A stretch of 64,000 nucleotides of DNA, from assembly GCF_964355755.1 (NCBI RefSeq), contig NC_092676.1, forward strand, positions 15,580,871 to 15,644,870. The letters run 5' to 3'. A program made the translations under genes and the position numbers. Numbering within the stretch: position 1 is the first letter of the stretch; every line of letters starts with the position of its first letter. The notes below the pieces were generated by a model. It saw only the letters and a list, made by a program, of their open reading frames with translations. It searched no databases and was not told where the DNA came from. Of the stretch, positions 53,633 to 64,000 are shown piece after piece. The stretch is from Antedon mediterranea. Lineage: Eukaryota > Animalia > Echinodermata.

Positions 53633-54299
53633 CCATCCTACGCCTTAGTGCAAGAATGTCCATTGCCATTACTATTACAGCTATTAGGGTGTGCTGGCTC
53701 AATAATTTCTTTTAAGAATGTTATTCATACAATGCAAATTTTATTTTTCTTCGAATACCTTTCAGATGTGTTTCCAGCTTCTCAAACTCTAACTGTAAGT
53801 GGTTGGAGTCCTTCAATTTCTTTTTGAATGTACCTTGAGGAATGGAAGCATTTTTGTGTAATACTGTAATGTGCTTCAAGTCAAATATTGGGACTACTAT
53901 ACGAAAATGGTTCTCAAAATAGATGAAATTGTAGAAAAATGGCTTGTATATTTAAAATATTAAAAAATATATAATTTAATACAGAAAAGGGCCATAAGCA
54001 ACTTTTATTAAGTAATTGTTTCCATGCTTTAAATTAAAGATAGTGCTAAATTATTGCTCAAAAAGATAACATTGTTTTGTTGTGTTTGTGTCCGATTCAA
54101 TTTAATTCTGCAAATGATAATACCAGTATACAAAATGCTAATTTCAGGTGACATGATGGCTTGTCTAGCACTATAGCGACCATCATCATGCCCTTCAAGA
54201 TTTTTTACATCCCGTCAAAGCGAATTTGTCATCACTAATGGTCACTAATGTTTACATTGCTCAAAACTTCACAGAAAGCAAGAAGATTGAAAATGAACA

Positions 54300-55120
54300 T
54301 TTTAGTAAATTATGAGCATTATCTTACTACAACATCCATGCATCTCTTTCTTATTGCTGCTGAACAGTATAAAAGTCTGTTTAAAGAGCAGATTATAACA
54401 TTAATTAATACTTGCAGATGCTACGCGAAATTCAAGTGGTAAATCTTTTTGCGAGGTCATGACAAATGCAAACTGGACTACATTCGCAAAGCCTAGTGCT
54501 TCCTTTTCACTTTTATTTGGTAATGATGAAGTTAAATAAATAATACTAAATCAAAGAGTTTGTTTTATGAGATATTAAACCAGTGACAACACCAAATGAA
54601 AAATCAGACAGTGGCGCAAAAATAAAAGCGGACTGGACTACATTCGCAAAGATGATGTCACAAAAACTGGTGCTTTTTTGAAAGAAGATGATATTAGTAA
54701 CTTTTAATCAGTAATGTGTTCTGTGAGGAAAACAAAACAAGAGTATCTAGGAATTGCAAGCAAGAAACAAACAAATACCAAAATCAGTGCTTTCATTTTT
54801 TTAAACACTTAGTCATCTTTATGGAAATTAAAGTAAAGTTGTATTCAGGTGATCTTGTCCATGGAGTCACCCAAGGAAAAGTTTTAATCAGGAATTTAGT
54901 TTGCAGAATCTTCCTGGAAAAAATCATTTTATAAAAAAACTTTGTTCACAGTACAAATTGAAACGGCTCAAGCTAACGTGTCCCAGCTTTTGTTTGATGA
55001 AGATACATCTCCAAGGCTGAAACCATATTTTGACAGCTATCTGCAGTTCACATATTTTAGGCAGACACATTCAATAAAAATAGATGACTACTCATAATTA
55101 TCAAGTTTAAAGAACATTTT
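54300..55120 (+). pseudogene. Decayed Academ-like transposase fragment
   Basis: Broken frames with CYAKF, SGDLVHGVTQGKVL and IETAQA (~54957-54974), resembling Academ transposase N-terminal motifs as recalled. Confidence 0.45.
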
Positions 55121-55904
55121 GATGACAGTGACATAGATATGCAGAAAAGAAGCAGCCCAAAATGATTTTATTGATTATTGACATTTATTGATACTGATTT
55201 TATTTCTGAATCCTAATAAAGTGCTAGGCCTATTAATACAATACTGCTGGCCATTTTTTTTTTTTTTTTCCAGATTAAATTTGTGCTTTATTTCCCTGAT
55301 TATTAATAATTTTGGCTATGACATATTTGCAATTTTAAATTTTCTGACATTTACAGTTTGTTTGCACTACAAACTTGGAAACAATTTAAACAATACTTGC
55401 ATTTGACAAAAGCTACTTATGGTCCTAGAAACATTATTTTATTTCTTTTTTGCAGTATTAATTACAATATGACCATTTTCTCAATTTCAGTTTTTGATGC
55501 CATGTTTATGATATTTAAGGCTAACATTATGACATTTTCTACGTTTCATCTGTTTTAGGCGTCATTTGTCAAAATGGTGGTCGCCATATTAGATTAAAAA
55601 ACATGCCATTATTTATATAAACATAGCATGCTGAATAATGTTTTAGTATTTAATTTACCTGAATACTTGTATCATCTTCTGTTTTTTGCATTTGTATTTG
55701 GAAATACCTATGTGTTTGTTGCCTTCTTGTTTCTCAATGTTGGAACCAGCTTTGTTTTTCTGTACTTCAGCTCGACTTTGTATATTTCTATGGCTTTTAA
55801 AATAGGTCTGTTTTTACCATTTCCATAGCATCTTTAATAAAGGAACATCACCTGAGTCCTAGGTTCTTAGAACAACACTAGGGAGTTTTGGATTGTGACG
55901 ACCA

Positions 55905-57385
55905 AGAACTTCAAATCAAAAACTCCCCAAGTGTTGATTCCAATGGTTGTGGTCAATCGTAATGTTCTAATCACAGTTGCTGTATCAACCCTAGTTTTCT
56001 TGCCATTTTTATTTGCTCTTTCCTGAAAAGCAATTTGAATACTGAGCACTGACCAGAAAGAGTAGAAATGCGCCAGCAAAACTGCACAAGAAACTGTTTT
56101 TCCATTCTCTTGAATGAATGTAATAAGTGTTGTTTGGACCTTGATTGTTAGCATTGTTGGTATTATTCTTTCGTAATATAATAACTACCGTAATTGCTGA
56201 CGAGTGAATCTTCAAATTTCATCTACTGGATCGTGAACCTCAGTGATTCCCACTAGACAACAACGGTCGAGGTAAATCTAATTTTTGTTTGATTAAGATG
56301 TTTCTAGACGTTTCTTTCAATTTGAATTTGTTTTTTTCTCTTTTGTCTTCTGTTAACAGTGCCGCTCATTTCTTAGCATACAAGAATGTGTGATGTAATT
56401 CACTGCAATTGATCAAATCAAAAACTTCCCAAGTGTTGGTTCCAATGGTTGTGGTCAATCGTAATGTTCTAATTACAGTTGCTGTATCAACCCTAGCTTT
56501 CTTGCCATTTTTATTTGCTCTTTTCTGAAAAGCAATTTGAATACTGAGCACTGACCAGAAAGAGTAGAAATGCGCCAGAAAAACTGCACAAGAAACTGTT
56601 TTTCCATTCTCTTGAATGAATGTAATAAGTGTTGTTTGAACCTTGATTGTTAGCATTGTTGGTATTATTCTTTCGTAATATAATAACTAATTGCTGACGA
56701 GTGAATCTTCAAATTTCATCTACTGGATCGTGAACCTCAGTGATTCCCACTAGACAACAACGGTCGAGATAAATCCAATTTTTGTTCGATTAAGACGTTT
56801 CTTTCAATTTGAATTTTTTTTTTCTCCTTTGTCTTCTGTTAACAGTGCCGCTCATTTCTTAGCATACAAGAATGTGTTATGTAATTCACTGCAATTGATC
56901 AAATCAAAAACTCCCCAAGTGTTGGTTCCAATGGTTGTGGTCAATCGTAATGTTCTAATTACAGTTGCTGTATCAACCCTAGCTTTCTTGCCATTTTTAT
57001 TTGCTCTTTTCTGAAAAGCAATTTGAATAATGACCACTGACCAGAAAGAGTAGAAATGCGCCAGAAAAACTGCACAAGAAACTGTTTTTCCATTCTCTTG
57101 AATGAATGTAATAAGTGTTGTTTGGACCTTGATTGTTAGCATTGTTGGTATTATTCTTTCGTAATATAATAACTAATTGCTGACGAGTGAATCTTCAAAT
57201 TTCATCTACTGGATCGTGAACCTCAGTGATTCCCACTAGACAACAACGGTCGAGATAAATCCAATTTTTGTTCGATTAAGACGTTTCTTTCAATTTGAAT
57301 TTGTTTTTTTCTCCTTTGTTTTCTGTTAACAGTGCCGCTCATTTCTTAGCATACAAGAATGTGTGATGTAATTCACTGCAATTTA
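55905..57385. repeat. Tandem array of ~486-bp monomers (3 copies)
   Basis: Near-identical units. The ORFs at 56656 and 57142 are 486 bp apart and encode almost the same 96-aa peptide; a third copy is at 56154. Confidence 0.95.
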
Positions 57386-57449
57386 TCAAGCTGAGTTTTT
57401 CTGCTGCTACCACAGCAGAAAAATCACAGATGCTGTAAATAAATGACCA

Positions 57450-60400
57450 ACCCTAGCTTTCTTGCCATTTTCATTTGCTCTTTGTCTTCTGTTAACAGTG
57501 CCTCTGATCTCTTTATTCAAAAAACATTTATTTGTTCAACAATGGCATATTTTTTAACGTATAATATATAGGTGTGTACATTATTTAAATGAAAACATGG
57601 TAATAAGCCATCATTTGGGGTCTTCTCTAGAAGAAATCAAGTTTCTTTTCTCGAGAAGAACCCCATTATGGACAAGAATGAACCTATCTCTGTCCAGTAC
57701 AAAATGTCTTAATCGACAGCCAGGCAAAACAAATAATAATAACGTTTTGTACTGAAAGTAGCTCGGTCTATTCTCAAAAGCATCAATTTGAATACTGAGC
57801 ACTGGCTAGAAAGAGTAGAAATGATTCAGAAAAAAAGCACAAGAAACTGTTTTCCCATTCTCTTGAAATTGCACTAATTGCTGACAAGTAAATCTTCAAA
57901 TTTAGCAGACATCTACTGGTTCGTAAACCTCAGGCAACAAGGACGAGATAAATCCAATTACTTGTACCAACAAAAAAAATGTAATTATTGTAATTTACTT
58001 CTTTAAGTAATTAGAATAATTTCTTTTTAAAAACAAATTTAGTGAAGCTGCAAGTCTTTGAACATCTTCCTAATACAATTGGTATTGATTGTATCATATT
58101 ATAGGATACTTTATAAATCATTTTTTACCCCAGAATTTGTCTTCTTCTTCTTCACACACTTTCCTAATAATTATCTAAAATATATATGTTGATGAAGTTT
58201 AGTTCATTTGCTGTTACTGGAAGAAACTATATAATTCTGCAATTTTTGTTTGATTATTGATGTTTTGTACTGGATATAGCTCGGTCAACACTCATAAACA
58301 TGAATGTAAATACTAAACACTGACCAGAAAGTTTAGAAATAGCGTAAGCAAAACTGCACAAGAAACTATTTTTCCAATCTCTTAAATAAGAATCAAATAA
58401 ACATCAACAGGTCAGATTTGGTGATTTACGAGTGTTTGTTTATTATCATATCTATCACATTCCTTTTTATTTGTTCGTGATAATAACTACTAAATTGCAG
58501 AGATATCACAAATTTCTTTTAAAAAATGATAAATTACTGGCAATCTTGACGGCACTAATTTACCATAATGTGAATTACAGGTACTGTTCATGAGAAGTTC
58601 TGTAAATCTAAAGTAAATTACCGTTGAAAGTCGGTTGTTTACCGTAATGTTTATTATAAATCACTGTAAAACTACAGTAGATTAACTTTCTTGCCATTTG
58701 CATTTGTTCTTTTCGTCTAAGTTGTCTTCTGTTAACAGTGTCTCTGATCTCTTATTGGACAAGAATGTGTGATGTAATTCACTGCAATTGATGATGTTTA
58801 TTTTGTCTGCTGCTAACACATTTTGTAATGGATGGAGCTTGGTCAATGCTCAAACGCATCAACGTGAATACTCAGAATGAGTAAAAATGCACCAAAAAAA
58901 ACTGCAGAAGAAACTGTTTTTTCAATATCTACATATCTTCCTTGATAATGAATATCTGTAAATGCAGTATGTTCATATACACTGCTATTAAAGTCAGTGA
59001 TTCCAGCAAGCCAACAAATACGAGATCAATCTGATTGCCTGCTGCAACAAAAAAAAAAAACACACTATTTATATAGTAATTTACTTTTTTAAGGAAAACA
59101 TATATTTGCTATTGAAAAAATTTTTTTTTAGTGAAGCTGCAATTCTTCAGATATAATCTAAATCGTTTAGTATTGACTTTTCTTGCAATTTGCATTTGTT
59201 CTTTACGTCTTTTTCAGCTATTAACAGTTCCCATTGTGATGTAATTCACTGCAATTGATAAAGTTTAGTTTGTTTTCTGCTACTGAAAGTCAATGCTCAA
59301 AAGCTTCATGACTGTTGGCAATCATAGCCGATTTCCATTCTTCAAAGGTCACATCAGATGTTGCAGCACAAAACCAATCTCTATATAGTACTGAGTCTCT
59401 TTCAGCATTGGTTGCTTGCACTTTGAGAACACAATCACAGAAGTTCTTGGTTTGTACTTTTTGATCGGTTTCCCTTCTATTATTTCTTTAGCCACTTCAA
59501 TGTGAATACTGAGCACTGGCCAGAAAGAGTAGAAATGCGCCAGAAAATCTGTTTGCTGCTACTGAAAGGAAACTCAATTCTTTTAAGTTTTTCAATTTTT
59601 CAAACGTCTTGTCTTTCTTGTTTTCCCTTTTCTAAAATTTTGTCTTTACTTGCAAGTTGTTTTGTAATTTTCTGAATATATAAAAAAAAATAATAAATTA
59701 GATAAATTATAGTACCGTAATAAGTAACACAACTGCAGGGTGGTTTTACCTTTTTTGTTTTTTTTTCACTTTCTTTGTTGCCAATATAGATTTTTTCATT
59801 TGTTGAAAGGCAGACGTCCTATCTCTATAAACTTTCTTGCAGTTTGCATTTGTTCTTTGCATCTTTGCCTTCTGTTAACAGTGCCTCTGATCTCTTAACA
59901 GACAAGAATATGTGATGTAATTCACTGCAGTTTAGTTAGTCTGCTGATACTGAAAGTAAACTCAGTTCTTTTAAATTTGTCAATTTTTCAAATCTTTCTT
60001 GCCATTTTCATTTGCTCTTTGTCTTCTGTTAACAGTGCCTCTGATCTCTTATGGACAAGAATAAACCAATCTCTGTCCAGTACAAAACGTCTTAATCGAC
60101 AGCCAGGCAAAACTAATAATAATTCTACATTTTTTAAGATCGAGACATTTTGTACTGAACGTAGCTCGGTCTATTCTCAAAAGCATCAATTTGAATACTG
60201 AGCACTGGCTAGAAAGAGTAGAAATGAGTCAGAAAAAATGCACAAGAAACTGTTTTCCCATTCTCTTGAAATTGCACTAATTGCTGACGAGTAAATCTCA
60301 GGCAACAAGCACAAGATAAATCCAATTACTTGTACCAAAAATGTAATTATTGTAATTTACTTCTTTAAGGAAAAAGTATATTTTCTTTTTAGGAAAAAAA

Positions 60401-63400
60401 AAGTGTTTGGACATCTTCCTAATCAATTGGTATTGATTGTATCATATTATAGGATACTTTATAAATCATTTTTTACCCCAGAATTTGTCTTCTTCTTCTT
60501 CACACACTGTCCTAGTAATTATCTAAAATATATATGTTGATGAAGTTTAGTTCATTTGCTGTTACTGGAAGAAACTATATAATTCTGCAATTTTTGTTTG
60601 ATTATTGATGTTTTGTACTGGATATAGCTCGGTCAACACTCATAAACATGAATGTAAATACTAAACACTGACCAGAAAGTTTAGAAATAGCCTATGCAAA
60701 ACTGCACAAGAAACTGTTTTTCCAATCTCTTAAATAAGAATCAAATAAACATCAACAGGTCAGGTTTGGTGATATATGAGTGTTTGTTTATTATCATATC
60801 TATCACATTCCTTTTTATTTGTTCGTGATAATAACTACTAAGTTGCAGATGATATCACAAATTTCTTTTAAAAAATGATAAATTACTGGCAATCTTGACG
60901 GCACTAATTTACCATAATGTGAATTACAGGTACTGTTCATGAGAAGTTCTGTAAATCTAAAGTAAATTACCGTTGAAAGTCGGTTGTTTACCGTAATGTT
61001 TATTATAAATCACTGTAAAACTACAGTAGATTAACTTTCTTGCCATTTGCATTTGTTCTTTTCGTCTTTGTCTTCTATTAACAGTGTCTCTGATCTCTTA
61101 TTGGACAAGAATGTGTGATGTCACTGCAATTGATGATGTTTATTTTGTCTGCTGCTAACACATTTTGTAATGGATTGAGCTTGGTCAATGCTCAAAAGCA
61201 TCAACGTGAATACTCAGAATGAGTAGAAATGCACCAAAAAAAAACTGCAGAAGAAACTGTTTTTTCAATCTCTACATATCTTCCTTGATAATTAATATCT
61301 GTAAATGCAGTAATGTTCATATACACTGCTATTAAAGTCAGTGATTCCAGCAAGCCAACAAAGACGAGATCAATCTGAGTGCCTGCTGTAACCAAACAAA
61401 AAAACCACAGTATTTTATAGTGGTTTACTTTTTTAAGGAAAACATATACAGTATTTTCTATTAAAAAAAAATTTTTTTTAGTGAAGCTGCAATTCTTCAG
61501 ATATAATCTAAATTGTTTAGTATTGACTTTTCTTGCAATTTGCATTTGTTCTTTATGTCTTTTTCATCTATTAACAGTTCCCATTGTGATGTAATTCACT
61601 GCAATTGATAAAGTTTAGTTTGTTTTCTGCTACTGAAAGTCAATGCTCAAAAGCATCATGACTGTTGGCAATCATAGCCGATTTCCATTCTTCAAAGGTC
61701 ACATCAGATGTTGCAGCACAAAACCAATTTCTATAGTACTGAGTCTCTTTCAGCATTGGTTGCTTGCACTTTGAGAACACAATCACAGACGTTCTTGGTT
61801 TGTACTTTTTGATCGGTTTCCCTTCGATTATTTCTTTAACCACTTCAATGTGAATACTGAGCACTGGCCAGAAAGAGTAGAAATGCGCCAGAAAATCTGT
61901 TTGCTGCTACTGAAAGGAAACTCAATTCTTCAAAATTTTTCAATTTTTCAAACGTCTTGTCTTTCTTGTTTTCCCTTTTTCTAAAATGTTATCTGTACTT
62001 GCAAGTTGTTATGTAATTTTCTGAATATATAAAAAAAAATAATAAATTAGATAAATTATAGTAATAAGTAACACAACTGCAGGGTGGTTTTACCTTTTTC
62101 ATTTTTTTTTCACTTTCTTTGTTGCCAATATTGCAGTTTGCATTTGTTCTTTGCATCTTTGCCTTCTGTTAACAGTGCCTCTAATCTCTTAACAGACAAG
62201 AATATTAGATGTAATTCACTGCCGTTTAGTTTGTCTGCAGCTACTGAAAGTAAACTCAGTTCTTTTAAATTTGTCAATTTTTCAAATCTTTCTTGCCATT
62301 TTTCCTTTTTTTTATTTAGCCAATAAAAACCCTAGCTTTCTTGCCATTTTCATTTGCACTTTGTCTTCTGTTAACAGTGCCTCTGATCTCTTATGGACAA
62401 GAATAAACCAATCTCTGTCCAGTACAAAACGTCTTAATCGACAGCCAGGAAAAACTAATAATAATTCTACATTTTTTAAGATCGAGACATTTTGTACTGA
62501 ACGTAGCTCGGTCTATTCTCAAAAGCATCAATTTGAATACTGAGCACTGGCTAGAAAGAGTAGAAATGAGTCAGAAAAAATGCACAAGAAACTGTTTTCC
62601 CATTCTCTTGAAATTGCACTAATTGCTGACGAGTAAATCTCAGGCAACAAGCACGAGATAAATCCAATTACTTGGACCAAAAATGTAATTATTGTAATTT
62701 ACTTCTTTAAGGAAAAAGTATATTTTCTTTTTAGAAAAAAACAAAGGCTTTGGACATCTTCCTAATCAATTGGTATTGATTGTATCATATTATAGGATAC
62801 TTTATAAATCATTTTTTACCCCAGAATTTGTCTTCTTCTTCTTCACACACTGTCCTAGTAATTATCTAAAATATATATGTTGATGAAGTTTAGTTCATTT
62901 GCTGTCACTGGAAGAAACTATATAATTCTGCAATTTTTGTTTGATTATTGATGTTTTGTACTGTATATAGCTCGGTCAACACTCATAAACATGAATGTAA
63001 ATACTAAACACTGACCAGAAAGTTTAGAAATAGCCTAAGCAAAACTGCACAAGAAACTGTTTTTCCAATCTCTTAAATAAGAATCAAATAAACATCAACA
63101 GGTCAGGTTTGGTGATATATGAGTGTTTGTTTATTATCATATCTATCACATTCCTTTTTATTCGTTCGTGATAATAACTACTAAATTGCAGATGATATCA
63201 CAAATTTCTTGTAAAAAATGATAAATTACTGGCAATCTTGACGGCACTAATTTACCATAATGTGAATTACAGGTACTGTTCATGAGAAGTTCTGTAAATC
63301 TAAAGTAAATTACCGTTGAAAGTCGGTTGTTTACCGTAATGTTTATTATAAATCACTGTAAAACTACAGTAGATTAACTTTCTTGCCATTCGCATTTGTT

Positions 63401-64000
63401 CTTTTCGTCTTTGTCTTCTGTTAACAGTGTCTCTGATCTCTCATTGGACAAGAATGTGTGATGTAATTCACTGCAATTGATGATGTTTATTTTGTCTGCT
63501 GCTAACACATTTTGTAATGGATGGAGCTTGGTCAATGCTCAAAAGCATCAACGTGAATACTCAGAATGAGTAGAAATGCACCAAAAAAACTGCAGAAGAA
63601 ACTGTTTTTTCAATCTCTACATATCTTCCTTGATAATGAATATCTGTAAATGCAGTAATGTTCATATACACTGCTATTAAAGTCAGTGATTCCAGCAAGC
63701 CAACAAATACGAGATCAATCTGATTGCCTGCTGTAACCAAAAAACATACTTTTTTAAGGAAAACATATATTTGCTATTGAAAAAAATTTTTTTTAGTGAA
63801 GCTGCAATTCTTCAGATATAATCTAAATCGTTAAGTATTGACTTTTCTTGCAATTTGCATTTGTTCTTTACGTCTTTATCATCTATTAACAGTTCCCATT
63901 GTGATGTAATTCACTGCAATTGATAAAGTTTAGTTTGTTTTCTGCTACTGAAAGTCAATGCTCAAAAGCTTCATGACTGTTGGCAATCATAGCCGATTTC
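57450..64000. repeat. Higher-order tandem repeat, ~2.34-kb unit, about 3 copies, running off the window
   Basis: Identical landmarks recur at ~2.34-kb spacing (e.g. stop of ..QKHQFEY* at 60201 and 62543; GGTATTGATTGTATC at ~58081, ~60429, ~62772). Each unit holds several diverged monomers related to the 486-bp repeat. Confidence 0.95.

Noticed and set aside
55867-57142. Three 95-96-aa ORFs as functional genes
   Set aside because: They are slices of the tandem monomer, with frame-breaking differences relative to other copies; treated as repeat-derived.
55905-64000. CRISPR-like array (conserved blocks separated by variable sequence)
   Set aside because: Eukaryotic context, conserved blocks of ~100 bp, intervening sequences that are themselves repeated, and no cas genes.

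Overview
AT-rich, intron-rich animal (invertebrate-like) nuclear DNA. Three intact host genes can be spliced by hand with consistent phases. They are RPL27A (minus, 4 coding exons, 147 aa), a head-to-head TIF1/TRIM24-33-66-family gene (plus, 9 coding exons, 825 aa, RING-Bbox-Bbox-coiled coil-PHD-bromo) and MCM9 (plus, 16 coding exons, 899 aa; one GC-AG intron and one U12-like intron). The rest is dense with mobile DNA: a near full-length CR1/L2-group LINE with a frameshifted ORF2, an internally deleted LINE, LINE/Penelope/LTR fragments, many MITEs, a Helentron-type element, two related hairpin-led elements and decayed Sola2-, Academ- and DUF3987-like coding remnants. The last ~8.3 kb is a hierarchical tandem array (~0.49 kb monomers inside ~2.34 kb higher-order units) that looks built from a decayed, intron-containing protein-domain repeat. 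Family assignments come from motif recognition only; no searches were run.
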